A stretch of DNA of 64,000 bases from Gordius albopunctatus (Eukaryota). The DNA lies in contig OZ193909.1 of the NCBI GenBank assembly GCA_964276515.1, positions 6,758,001 through 6,822,000 of the forward strand. Reading direction: 5' to 3'. Made by a program: the position numbers and the translations under genes. Positions 38,201 to 51,419 of this stretch are shown here, piece after piece. The notes beneath the pieces were generated by a model. It did not search any database and was not told the DNA's origin. It saw only the letters and a list, made by a program, of their open reading frames with translations. Positions within the stretch are counted from its first letter, which is position 1, and every line of letters begins with the position of its first letter.

Positions 38201-41200
38201 ATATTTTTAAGGTCTATTTTTACCATAGGGAAAAAATTTGGAGGGAAATAAGTAATTGTTTTCTCACAAATTTAGTTTAAAATAACAAAAATCCAAAAAA
38301 TTGCAAAAATGCCTGGGGCTACTCATAGCCGATAGATTAACTCTGAATTTTTCACTTCTTATTGGTGTATGCTAGTGTTGTAAAAAACCAAGGTTTTAGA
38401 TTGGTCGCCTGCAAGGGTTAGCGTTTTTTCCCCACCAAACCCTTTCAGTGTTAAGTGAATTTTTTTGGTTCACCCTTGGTGTATTGGCGCTTCTCACACC
38501 CCTAACACCAAGGGTGTTTGGGTGAAATTTTTTGGTTCACCCTTGGTGTATTGGCGCTTTTCACACCCATACACCAAGGGTGTTAGGGTGAAATTTTTTG
38601 GTTCACCCTTGGTGTATTGGCGCTTCTCACACCCCTAACACCAAGGATGTTTGGGTGAAATTTTTTGGTTCACCCTTGGTGTATTGGCGCTTCTCACACC
38701 CCTAACACCAAGGGTGTTTGGGTGAAATTTTTTGGTCGACCTTTGGCGTTTTTACAAATAAACACCTTTGGCGTTTAGGTGAATTATTTTGGTAACCTTT
38801 TGGTTTGGTTTTGGTCGTTTTGGGTTATGTATGGAAATATGTGACGTTTTTAAAATTTTTGTATATAATAGTTATTTATTTTTGTAGGAAATATGAAATG
38901 ACGTCACTAATTGAAAAGTATCATACTTGTTAGTTATAATCAACCTATAATTTGTTCCAATTGGTATGCGATGCATAATTCATGCTGATCATTAAAGGTG
39001 TATTATAAAAATATTTTTTCCACCTGTTCAATGTGAAACAGGTGACAAATGTCAAAATCTTTAATATCTATTTAAGTGAATTTTTTTTTCTGCAAATTGG
39101 TTCATTATAGGACTAAAAAAATTTTAAACTCGAAAATAATATTTTTTCACCTGTTAAATGTGAAACAGGTGACAAATGTCAAAATCTTTAATATCTATTT
39201 AAATGAATATTTTTTTCTGCAAATTGGTTCATTATAGGACTAAAAAAAGTTTTAAACTCGAAAATAATATTTTTTCACCTGTTAAATGTGAAACAGGTGA
39301 CAAATGTCAAAATCTTTAATATCTATTTAAATGAATATTTTTTTCTGCAAATTGGTTCATTATAGGACTATAAAAAGTTTTAAACTCGAAAATAATATTT
39401 TTTCACCTGTTAAAATCTATATTTAATATCTATTAATTGCTATGCACTTTATTTAACAAAGCTTCGAAATATATAATAAAAATTAATATAGATTAATACC
39501 AATAACTGTTTTTTTGCCTGAGAAATATACGGCCAAAAATTTACTTACCTCTCCATTTTAAAATTTATGTTACTTTTTAATCTATAATTTCCACATTTGC
39601 ATAGAATTTAATTTAAAAAGTATTTTGTAAGTAGACCTCTCTTTTATATAATTTATATTTGAAACCCGGATTTCAATCTTCTCTCTCCCCTTCTCTCTTT
39701 CTCTCGAGTATATTTTTTATATTAATTTTACACTTCTATAGCATGCCCCCTCCAGATGTCATTCCATATTCTCCTTCTCCCTCTCTTAAATTATGTATAT
39801 AGTTTAACTTCCCTATCCCTAGCATAGTAAGCATCTCCCCACCCCACCATTAACCATTTATTTGTTAGATCACGTCTATGTCTAGTTACGAAAATTTGGA
39901 ACAATCATTAAATGAAAATTATGAGGTATAATTCTTACTAAATTTATTTTATAAAATTCAAATTTTCAAATATTAGCAAATAAAATTGTTTCGAAATATA
40001 CACATATGGAATCTACCCTTATTTATATAGATGGTTGATGTACCTGGTAATCCCACCCCGATCCCCACAATCACCAGTCACGATTCACCTTTACCTCCCT
40101 CTCAATCACCTAGGTATATTTGGACGCCGTCCAAAACCAGGAGAAAATGTCGTCTTTGTGAAAAGATATATAGTGGAAAAACTTCAACAAGTACAAATTT
40201 TTTCATATGTTATTAATAAACAATATGGCCTCCCCCCTTTTCGTAATCGTTTCTAACAAGATATCAATATCCTTAAAATACTATTTTTATTAATTTTATT
40301 AGATCTATTATTTCTAGAGCCATATCTAAAGCGATATATTCTAGGTAATCTGAAATATCATTATTCATCGTGCCATCCCAATTTTCAAAGACCATCCAAC
40401 AAATCAATATTAAAGGGAGTTGTGTCTTCGGAGGAAAATGCGGAAATTAATAAATTAATAACCATGCTAATTATAGAAGAAGGCCTTTCCTTTGGCCTCG
40501 TTCAAAATAAAAATTTTAAATATTTATTTCAACGTATCAACTCCTCAGTAAAAGTAATTACAAGACCTACCTTGTTCAACCACATTAAAAGTCTGTACGA
40601 GGATAAAGTTATTGTTATAAAAGATATTTTAAATCAAGCGGATGATATTTCCTTAACATTGCATGTATGGTCAAGCGTCCAATGTATATCCTACTTGGGT
40701 ATTACTGCCCACATCATTAATGCAAATTTTGAATTACAAAGTTTTCCACCTAGTTACAATATTAAGGGGAATTTTCACTCCGGCTAAATCTGTAAATTTT
40801 TGCATTAGCTTAGGAGACGTATGTAACCTTCTCACCCATCTCAAAGGCCTTCTTTTATAATTAGCATGGTTATTAATTTATTAATTTCCGCATTTTCCTC
40901 CGAAGACACAACTCCCTTTAATATTGATTTGTTGGATGGTCTTTGAAAATTGGGATGGCACNNNNNNNNNNNNNNNNNNNNNNNNNNNNNNNNNNNNNNN
41001 NNNNNNNNNNNNNNNNNNNNNNNNNNNNNNNNNNNNNNNNNNNNNNNNNNNNNNNNNNNNNNNNNNNNNNNNNNNNNNNNNNNNNNNNNNNNNNNNNNNN
41101 NNNNNNNNNNNNNNNNNNNNNNNNNNNNNNNNNNNNNNNNNNNNNNNNNNNNNNNNNNNNNCATCCCAATTTTCAAAGACCATCCAACAAATCAATATTA

Positions 41201-44200
41201 AAGGGAGTTGTGTCTTCGGAGGAAAATGCGGAAATTAATAAATTAATAACCATGCTAATTATAGAAGAAGGCCTTTCCTTTGGCCTCGTTCAAAATAAAA
41301 ATTTTAAATATTTATTTCAACGTATCAACTCCTCAGTAAAAGTAATTACAAGACCTACCTTGTTCAACCACATTAAAAGTCTGTACGAGGATAAAGTTAT
41401 TGTTATAAAAGATATTTTAAATCAAGCGGATGATATTTCCTTAACATTGCATGTATGGTCAAGCGTCCAATGTATATCCTACTTGGGTATTACTGCCCAC
41501 ATCATTAATGCAAATTTTGAATTACAAAGTTTTCCACCTAGTTACAATATTAAGGGGAATTTTCACTCCGGCTAAATCTGTAAATTTTTGCATTAGCTTA
41601 GGAGACGTATGTAACCTTCTCACCCATCTCAAAGGCCTTCTTTTATAATTAGCATGGTTATTAATTTATTAATTTCCGCATTTTCCTCCGAAGACACAAC
41701 TCCCTTTAATATTGATTTGTTGGATGGTCTTTGAAAATTGGGATGGCACGATGAATAATGATATTTCAGATTACCTAGAATATATCGCTTTAGATATGGC
41801 TCTAGAAATAATAGATCTAATAAAATTAATAAAAATAGTATTTTAAGGATATTGATATCTTGTTAGAAACGATTACGAAAAGGGGGGAGGCCATATTGTT
41901 TATTAATAACATATGAAAAAATTTGTACTTGTTGAAGTTTTTCCACTATATATCTTTTCACAAAGACGACATTTTCTCCTGGTTTTGGACGGCGTCCAAA
42001 TATACCTAGGTGATTGAGAGGGAGGTAAAGGTGAATCGTGACTGGTGATTGTGGGGATCGGGGTGGGATTACCAGGTACATCAACCATCTATATAAATAA
42101 GGGTAGATTCCATATGTGTATATTTCGAAACAATTTTATTTGCTAATATTTGAAAATTTGAATTTTATAAAATAAATTTAGTAAGAATTATACCTCATAA
42201 TTTTCATTTAATGATTGTTCCAAATTTTCGTAACTAGACATAGACGTGATCTAACAAATAAATGGTTAATGGTGGGGTGGGGAGATGCTTACTATGCTAG
42301 GGATAGGGAAGTTAAACTATATACATAATTTAAGAGAGGGAGAAGGAGAATATGGAATGACATCTGGAGGGGGCATGCTATAGAAGTGTAAAATTAATAT
42401 AAAAAATATACTCGAGAGAAAGAGAGAAGGGGAGAGAGAAGATTGAAATCCGGGTTTCAAATATAAATTATATAAAAGAGAGGTCTACTTACAAAATACT
42501 TTTTAAATTAAATTCTATGCAAATGTGGAAATTATAGATTAAAAAGTAACATAAATTTTAAAATGGAGAGGTAAGTAAATTTTTGGCCGTATATTTCTCA
42601 GGCAAAAAAACAGTTATTGGTATTAATCTATATTAATTTTTATTATATATTTCGAAGCTTTGTTAAATAAAGTGCATAGCAATTAATAGATATTAAATAT
42701 AGATTTTAACAGGTGAAAAAATATTATTTTCGAGTTTAAAACTTTTTATAGTCCTATAATGAACCAATTTGCAGAAAAAAATATTCATTTAAATAGATAT
42801 TAAAGATTTTGACATTTGTCACCTGTTTCACATTTAACAGGTTAAAAAATATTATTTTCGAGTTTAAAACTTTTTTTAGTCCTATAATGAACCAATTTGC
42901 AGAAAAAAATATTCATTTAAATAGATATTAAAGATTTTGACATTTGTCACCTGTTTCACATTTAACAGGTTAAAAAATATTATTTTCGAGTTTAAAACTT
43001 TTTTTAGTCCTATAATGAACCAATTTGCAGAAAAAAATATTCATTTAAATAGATATTTGACATTTGTCACCTGTTTCACATTTAACAGGTTAAAAAATAT
43101 TATTTTCGAGTTTAAAACTTTTTTTAGTCCTATAATGAACCAATTTGCAGAAAAAAATATTCATTTAAATAGATATTAAAGATTTTGACATTTGTCACCT
43201 GTTTCACATTTAACAGGTTAAAAAATATTATTTTCGAGTTTAAAACTTTTTTTAGTCCTATAATGAACCAATTTGCAGAAAAAAATATTCATTTAAATAG
43301 ATATTAAAGATTTTGACATTTGTCACCTGTTTCACATTTAACAGGTTAAAAAATATTATTTTCGAGTTTAAAACTTTTTTAGTCCTATAATGAACCAATT
43401 TGCAGAAAAAAAAATTCACTTAAATAGATATTAAAGATTTTGACATTTGTCACCTGTTTCACATTGAACAGGTGGAAAAAATATTTTTATAATACACCTT
43501 TAATGATCAGCATGAATTATGCATCGCATACCAATTGGAACAAATTATAGGTTGATTATAACTAACAAGTATGATACTTTTCAATTAGTGACGTCATTTC
43601 ATATTTCCATACATAACCCAAAACGACCAAAACCAAACCAAAAGGTTACCAAAATAATTCACATAAACGCCAAAGGTGTTTTTTTGTAAAAAGCGCCAAT
43701 ACACCAAGGGTGAACCAAAAAAATTCACCTAACACTGAAAGGGTTAAGCGTAATTTATACACCAAATACCAAGCTTGGCAACACGCTGGGAAAAACCAGC
43801 CAGCCGTTTTTACAACACTACTGTATGCTAACTCTAATCAATAAAAGATGGTTTCATTATAAAAAATTTAGAAAATGCAAATGTAATATGATTGTAGTTT
43901 ATATAAAACAAATTAAAAAGGGTCAAGATGACAATCTGACTTAAGAACACTTAAAAGACGGATTTAGCAATGGAAAAAAACTTTTTGTCGTTTTATAATG
44001 TATAATCATCATAGTTTATTTTTATTCCAAATAACATTAAGTTAGATTATTATACAAAGTTTTTTGTTTTTTAAATCTTGTCATTTGTAAGACACAATGA
44101 AAAATGGCTAGCAATAGCCCCTCTTCAACTAGCCCCGACCCCTATTTTCATAAACAATTAATAATTTAAGATGTTATATTGCATATAAAAAGTTATTCAT

Positions 44201-46005
44201 TAGACGTTTTTTATATAAAAAATCTCCCTTTATAAGATAAAAGTTAAATTAATCCAAAATACTCAGGCAAAAAAAATTTATATGCAAAATAAAATTTTTT
44301 TGCCAAGGCTACTAATAGCCCCAAAAATCGTTTTGTCTCAATAAAAATTTTAAATTTTATTTGTTCTAAACAAATAAAATTTTTACTTATACCTTATGGA
44401 AAAATACACGGTTTAAATTTCGATTTAATATCACTATTATTTTAAAAATAATTAGAAAGATAATAGTAACCCTGGGCTACAACTAGCCCCGGTCTCCCCT
44501 AGATATGGTCTCAGAAATTAGACCTGCTTAAAAATTGATTATTTTCAAGTCTAATGCAAAAAACGGTCATGGTTTTAGAAATCCTAAAAAATTAGAAGCC
44601 ACAATTGTTTACCATTTTTTTCTTTAATTAATATAATTTATGCTGTTAAACGCTAAATTCTCAATTGACACTCTAGATAAATATTAGCAAGTGATCATAA
44701 AATGAAATACAGCATAATAATTATCTTATTTAATATTTTAGAAACCTCAGGACAGAACTCATAAGGGAATTTTAAAGAACTTGTTAATTTCAAGAAGGTG
44801 GATGCCAAATTTCTATATATACCTGAAAATCATAGACCTAAAAGCTAGTTTGTTTTAGTTTTTATGAGGCCACAACTCTTTTGGTCTAAAACTTAATTTT
44901 TAAAACTTATTCCTGAAAATGGTTATTAAATGCCTTCAATCATTGGTAAGTTTATAAATAATGTGATTCACTTGTAGCCCAAGACACTTATGTTAAATAA
45001 TTTTTGTCATAACCTCTAATAGGTAATTTTATCTTGGCTATGAACAAGTTCATTTAAACAAATTGAAAATAAATTTTCACTGACTAATTGATTATAACAA
45101 AGATTGAGTTATTATGTTTTATTTAAAAAACCTTAAATTTAAATAAAAATCATAATCCATTAACATCATAACCTAGTGTTATATATTCTGTAATATATTA
45201 ATTTAATTATAAATTAATAACAAGATCCAATCAATTGAATAGATTGGAAAATATATAATATAATATATATAGTTACATACCTGAAGAACAACATTGCAGT
45301 AATCATTGGCCTTGATGTTGTTAAGTCCAACAATTCCTTACACCATTATTAAAACTTATTAAAAGTATACATACCTGGTAGATATAATGTCCCATCGTGA
45401 GCACGAGACAACTTTTCATTAACATCTAATGAATCAACATGCTCTTGTGAAAATGTTGGTCGGAGCACATACTACAATGTAAAATTAAATAAATATTAGA
45501 AATAAATTACCTTGATGTCATCTAGGGATGAATCAACAACTTCATAATTATCAGGTAGACAATAGAACTTCAAGGTATGTAGATTAATATAAACATGGTG
45601 CCCTAGTAGCACACTATGTGTATAAGCATGAGATTTTTGACCTCTTCCTAAAATCTATATACTACAGCTAAAATAAAATGTACCTTGAAAATATTTGCCA
45701 CAGATTAAGCATGCATATACATTCAAATGGGATAGTGAGACTGAGCATAACTTTTCAAAGTCAAAATCTAATACACTCCTACAAGATTTAGGTAGACTAA
45801 GATTATTTTACCTATTAATTGTATCAATAAAGGGACATTTATTTCCTTGCACTACTAATGCTGCCTTTTTGCCTATTAAAATGAGCGTTATATATATGCA
45901 TTAATCAACGTGAATTTATATTCTTTGAATTAGAAAATAGGTACTTTGAGTATGCAACTCCTTTTTTCGTTTCCCAGTATGATCAGGTGTCGCTACAAGT
46001 GCCAT
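35266..46005 (-). CDS. USP39: U4/U6.U5 tri-snRNP-associated protein 2 (USP39/Sad1, inactive USP with ZnF-UBP), 14 coding exons, 491 aa
   Basis: Exons: 46005-45945, 45872-45812 (CPFIDTINR), 45778-45684 (VLDFDFEKLCSVSLS), 45647-45511, 45471-45375, 45336-45281 (GIVGLNNIKANDYCNV, catalytic Cys replaced by Asp), 37504-37279 (FKAHVSPHEMLQAV), 36898-36753, 36665-36620, 36296-36073 (IPQVP), 35832-35771 (EKNPTIVNFP), 35684-35537 (YDLVANIVH), 35465-35379 (WYEMQDL..LSEAYIQ), 35295-35266 (TGA). Total 1476 nt with consistent phases. AATAAA about 20 nt after the stop. Confidence 0.95.
38440..43743. mobile_element. Foldback-like element: ~2-kb inverted arms with internal tandem arrays and a central hAT/BED transposase fragment
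   Basis: Termini ccctttcagtgtta/taacactgaaaggg(ttaa). Arms ~38440-40490 vs ~41630-43743, with ~66-bp and ~128-bp arrays in different copy number per arm. BED-like RKCRLCEKIYSGKTSTS and hAT-like LTLHVWSS..SYLGITAH. Contains a 200-N gap. Confidence 0.75.
40962..41161. other. Assembly gap with duplicated flank
   Basis: 200 Ns. 41162-41748 repeats 40374-40961 essentially exactly. Confidence 0.9.
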
Positions 46006-46329
46006 ATTTGAAAAATATTAAACCTAGAGAGACATAATCATTAAGCTACATAAAAATATTTTATCTCGAATTATGTCGGATGTGGTACAAGTATTAGGGG
46101 ACTAAAAAAGCTAGATAAGAATTTAAAAAAATACTTTATGATGTATAAATACATAAGAACTCAAGACGCGTTTGTGAGATACCAATTTAATATCCTATAT
46201 CCTATTGTTTACAAAAACTATGTATTTTAACTCATTTTTTATCTTAGTCTAATCTGATCACAAGTTATCTTCTTTTTATCTATATTTGGTTCCACAGTGG
46301 TTGGGTTTGTTTTAATGAGTTTTATCTTA

Positions 46330-47960
46330 ATTGATAAGTACCATGTCGTGATTCTTCACCTTGATTTTTTAGCTTCGTCTAGTTAGCATTTTAAACGTGA
46401 CACGAGGGCGTTCTCTTCCTCTATTCCTCGGTACTCCATGTCCAGTACTTTACAATTGCCTTCTTAGAATATGCCCATACCACCTTAACAGATTTTAGTT
46501 TTTTGGTGAGAAGTAATATTTATTGAAAGAATTATAGAGAAGTCAGGGAAAAGAACGGTTAGTCATTGATGAATGATTTTGTAAGCGTTAGGACTTGTTT
46601 CTATACTAGTTTAGAGAGACATTTAAAAATATCAAGGTAACCTTAAGATAAAATTGAAAATACACTAGGAGCTATTTTCAATCACACGCGTTTGAATACA
46701 TACAATTACGTCAATTAACGCGAACTTGGAGTCAATTAGTCGCTACAAAGTCATTCGTCATATGTTAGAGCTAAGGATAGCCTACTCTACAGTATCTTTC
46801 TTATCTCCGAGACTTTGATAACTTTTCTTACCTGGCATTTAATAGCCATATTTCACTTAAATAGTGTCTTACCTTCATCCTCCTCAAAAAGTTCGACCAT
46901 ACTTATGTTTGGGTCAAAATGGGGGCGTGAATCTTTGTCATTTGCAATATTTATAAGTTCCTTGAAATATCCTTTCCACCTTTCAATCACTTCCTTGGGC
47001 TTGAGGAAGGTTTGAACCTTCTCGTTTTTGACTATTTTACGAACTCCGACATCGCTACTTTTCTACTCCCTTTTCTTGCCTTATTTGTACATAAGCCTGT
47101 CGCCCCTTTATGATCCAGTTTGTTTGCCATCTCGGTGTAGGCGGCATTCTTCGCTATTGCAACGGCCTTTTTTGCAGCCCTCTTTGCGTCCCTATACTCT
47201 TGATAATCTACCAACTTTTTTAATTTACGCCACCGCCTATATAGATTTTTCTTTAGATGCATCTCCTAACCGATCAATCCCAACACCATAGTTCCCTATT
47301 CATAGCTTTGCCTCCTTTGGTCTGTCCTATAACCCTAATCGCTGTTTACTTATGTCCTTAATTAGCGTCTCTCAATCGTCGTCTACGTCCGTTTGCAACT
47401 TCCTTGCACCCAAAAGTGAGGGGGTTTTTTGATGGTATTATTTGTTCGTCGACGTATTTTTTCGCCTTTCATATCGAATTCGAGATTCACAAACCTTTCT
47501 TCTGTCGGGAAATACTTTTCTGTCAAGATTTATAACAATGGGACGATGTTGCCTAGTGATATCTTCTCTTGGTATAACTTTGAAATCCTTGATAGTCCAG
47601 AAGTCCTTTCGCCTTATGAATAGTCAATTCGACTAAAATGCTTCCCACTTATATAAGTCACAATATGATCTTCGCGTTTTTGAAAATAGGTGTTAACGAT
47701 CGCGGTGTCACATGCTTAGGATACTTGGAGAAGTTTTTCCCCTTCCTTGTTCGTCAGGCCATGCTCCTCCATTATTATTTCGTCCATACCCGAGGCGACC
47801 TTTCCCTACGTAGGCGTTGTAATCCCCCCCAATAATGAGCTTTTCCTCCAATCCTATTCCTTGTTTTTTTCCAATGAATCGAACAATAAGTCTTTTTATG
47901 ATTCCATACACCCAATCCGGGGTGCAGAGGCGCACATAACGTTAAGTATGCCTTCTTGAT
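46330..47960 (-). mobile_element. Degraded RTE-type LINE fragment
   Basis: AP endonuclease motif KLIIGGDYNAYVG, linker YQEYRDAKRAAKKAVAIAK, and 3' LRWYGHILRR (~46470). Many frameshifts; RT core largely absent. Confidence 0.75.
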
Positions 47961-48905
47961 CAGTGGTGCACTATATTCACATTGAAAGTGTTCAAAAAAA
48001 TACCTGCACCGACACCATCCAATCCCATAGGCGCGCCCTTGGGTACACCATCTTAAATTCAAATCGCTCAAAAATTACTTAAATGATCTCGCTTGTCTTT
48101 TGATCAAAATTCTTGTTTTCTCTCTCTAGTAGACGAGACCGAGAAGTTTCTCGGATTCTTGCATAATTTTATTAATATTTATAGATTTGTTGCCAACAAT
48201 AAGGTACAAAAATTATTAGCATCCTTTTATTAAAGATGTATAAAAATTTATGATTTTATCCCTCTGCCACAAAGAGATAAACTGCCCACACATTTCTATG
48301 AGCGTCTGAGGCAAAATTAAAGTTAAATTACTTTAAATATTTGTAAGACCATATAGCGTTACAGTATGCACAAAATATATATTTACTTAAAAACAAATAA
48401 GAATGAACCAAAGATTTATAATATGATTAAAATTAAGTTTATTGATATATACATACTACACAAGTGCAGTTTACGATAATGATTCGATGTAAAATATACG
48501 GGCGTCGTATCTTTTATCAAACATAATTGATATAATTTAAATTCATTTGATCGAAGGGGAAGATTGTAATAAATTATAAAAACATTGGTATTACAAAACG
48601 TCAACTAATGATGGTGCTGATATTTTTCATGATTCTCGTATAGGGTTTGTATGCAAGATATGAATGTCAAGTTAACGGCCAACTAAATTGGTTCCTTAAA
48701 CATAAAGTGCAATTCGTTTAACAAAGAATTTGCCACACACAGTTTAGGTGGGACATTCATTAAACATAAACTGGCAAAAAACAATGAAAAAAGATGATTG
48801 AATAAAACATGCTTCATAAAAGACGCTTGGTTAAGGATTGGATTTAGGGCAATTTAATACATTTTTTGGCAAGCAATTGATTGAGAAATTCTGGCGGAAC
48901 TAGCT

Positions 48906-49811
48906 TTAAATCGTGTAATCCAAATCGTGCGCCAAAACACGGTAAGAATGAGGCGCTTCTTGCTTTTGGCACACCATTATGAGGGAAAATATGAGACCCA
49001 AAACCTAAAATTACAAAAAATTATTTTAAAAGACGAAATAGTTTGGAGTTTTTTAATATTCAAAAGCTTGAATTCTTTAATTGGGACTAAAAACGATATA
49101 CATATGGATAGCATAGATGAGTAAATAATTACTTGAATGACGAAAAATGCGATTCCAACTTCGATGATGTACACTAGGTTATCGGAAAAGATGTGCAAAA
49201 ACCGTTGATAACAGCCCTGTGTAAAACGAATGAATGAATGATATGAGCAAATTTGAAAGGGTAAACCTTAGCTGAAAAAGGCAAAAGTTTGTATGGGAAA
49301 CACCAAATAAATCACAAATAATCGTTTTGACAATATAAGTTAAGCAAAATAAAACTTCGTTAAATGATCGTTCTACAAAAAAGGCCAACATTCGATCTAA
49401 AATTAACAAAAATATAACTAGGCACGGTGGGTTCAAGTTAAAAATCCTAAAATGCTTTCGGGTCGGGTTCAAAAAAATGACATTGCTGTTCTCTAATAAA
49501 GAGCCAAGCGCATCCTCTAATAAATTCCAACACGAACTCGCCCTTACTTCTTGATTGAATTCTTGTGGATAATTGGAACTGCCTGAGCACTGGTAAGGGT
49601 TTTTGCAACAGCTCCCAGGCACTATTTGGGTTGAACTGGGGTCGGCCCTGTGCACCGCTCTGTACCAAGAGGTCCCGATCCAATCAGTGTAATTATCGAT
49701 GCCACAACACCTACCCTTGACCTGAATGAAATTGATCTCGTCGAAGAGGTCCGATGAATTGCCGTAAGTCCTGAAAGCGGTTATCAGCTCTTTTCGGGCT
49801 CCGGCTTCAAG
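48906..49811 (-). CDS. Tetraspanin, last three exons (large extracellular loop, TM4, C-tail); 5' exons not found
   Basis: Exon 49811-49548 contains the CCG and PGSCC motifs (GRCCGIDNYTDW...VPGSCCKNPYQC). Exon 49216-49133 reads GCYQRFLHIFSDNLVYIIEVGIAFFVIQ. Exon 49004-48906 reads VLGLIFSLIMVCQKQEAPHSYRVLAHDLDYTI*. All junctions are phase-0 GT-AG. Confidence 0.88.
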
Positions 49812-50460
49812 CTTTGTGGGGAGGCGCGAGTTAAATAAACGTGTAAAACGGGTTTAATTTATGAACGAGACTGCAAAATATGGCATTAAACAATCTTAAA
49901 AAAAGAATTTATACGTATATATAAAAGGATATGATGTATGACAAATTATATTAAAACATCTCAATATATTATTTAATTATAGCTCCAACTTGGATTTTAG
50001 CCCCCAAATTCGCTCGTAAACCTTTACCAAATTAGGAGGAGTATAATAATATATTTATTTTCTTTATTTAAAAACTTTTATGATAACAGTCGTCATATAT
50101 TATAGGGTCTTTAAACAGCTAAAAGTACGAATCGAGGTGAAAGTTGACGATTTATTCGTTCGCAATCATGTTCAGAATTCAGATAAACTTATAAGTCAAT
50201 TTTTAAGCAAAATCATAATTCATAATTGAGAGGTGTATGAATATTCGATTTTGTGTCTAACATTTTACCGCTACTATTGAGGGGTGCAAATCAAGCTTTA
50301 GATTAGGAGAATCTTCTAAAAATAGATCGTATTCGCAAATCTAATCACTAAAAAATTGCGTTATCTAAGTAAAGTTTAAAAATTGCTAGCCTAACCCGAG
50401 AGAGTCGAGTTGGGGGAGGGCGGGTTACAGGTGCGCGATGATTATGGCAATGTGCAAAAT

Positions 50461-50548
50461 CATGGGCGTAGCAAGGATTGGGATTAGAGGGGGCAATATT
50501 TTTAGATTTAGAGGGGGGCAGCCGCCCCTCCCCCTGGCCACGTCCATG
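50461..50548. mobile_element. hAT MITE present in both palindrome arms (mirror copy 61078-61165)
   Basis: catgggcgtagc..ggccacgtccatg with TSD tgcaaaat/tgcacaat. Confidence 0.7.
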
Positions 50549-51419
50549 TGCACAATATTTGGCTTTTATTACATATTGTAAAAATAAGCTCATTATTATT
50601 AAAGGGTTGATCGTAAGAGGATTTCATCAGTTTTGACCCAATGTTAAAAGCAATTTTTAAGGCGTATTTAATAACACGTAATGTCCAATTTTTAGAAAGA
50701 CACACATCTATTCTTAATATCGCCTTGACGCAAAGATGTGAAAAGGATAGGTATAAGTAATCATTTTCACGTAGGTGTTGTGAGCATTGAAGGATATGCT
50801 TGGAACTCTGGGGGTAGTCAGGATGTGAATTAGAGGGCTTATTTCTTTACCTTTTTGATAAGACAAGGTATCACACCGTAACTCCCCCTAGCTATACCCA
50901 TGATCTTTCTGTCACCATGAACAACATGACATGGTTAAGGGGAAAGGGAAGAATTAAGAACCTAGTCAATAAAACCTTTTTTGTCTAGTTTTATACTCTT
51001 GCTTGATAATCGTGTACAAGACTCAAATGCAGAAAACTGTATAATAAAAATAAAAACCTCGAGCCAAGCATTATTAAAGCCTACTTTATTTCGATTATGG
51101 TCAAGCTGGCACATCAAAAAAGAAGGTAATATCGAAAAGATTTAAATGAACCATATTGCTCGACTTAATAATCTCCTTTTACGTAACTTCCCAGGGCGCA
51201 GTAGACAGCTTGAATTTATTTGCCCTTATTCGTTGATGGGAAACACATTATGTGTGCGCTATTATGGTGTTATTATAACTCTGCGGTAGAACCATTGAAT
51301 CCGGTCCAAAATATCAAAGTAAATGTATGAAACACATAAATTTTAAAAACATCATGTGATTTTATTTAGTATAAAGAATAAAAATATTTTAAAGGTATAG
51401 ATATATTTTTATTGTTATA

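Larger units (their letters stand above)
38373..43820. mobile_element. hAT-type MITE split by the foldback element
   Basis: Ends tagtgttgtaaaaa / tttttacaacacta. TSD gtgtatgc/ctgtatgc. Confidence 0.7.
38114..44499. mobile_element. Tc1/mariner-pogo-type non-autonomous element (outer shell of nested cluster)
   Basis: TIR ggggagaccggggcta/tagccccggtctcccc with TA on both sides. Confidence 0.8.

Noticed and set aside
38455..38790. CRISPR-like look of palindromic repeats (also 3130-4290)
   Set aside because: The units are contiguous near-identical repeats without unique spacers, there are no cas genes, and the context is eukaryotic.
40374..41748. Apparent tandem duplication of the hAT fragment and ORFs running through Ns
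   Set aside because: An identical ~587-bp overlap on both sides of a 200-N gap is most simply an unmerged contig overlap.
50348..50705. Duplicated 81-aa and 65-aa ORFs (mirror at 60921-61278)
   Set aside because: Their identity simply reflects the palindrome, and they run across a MITE.
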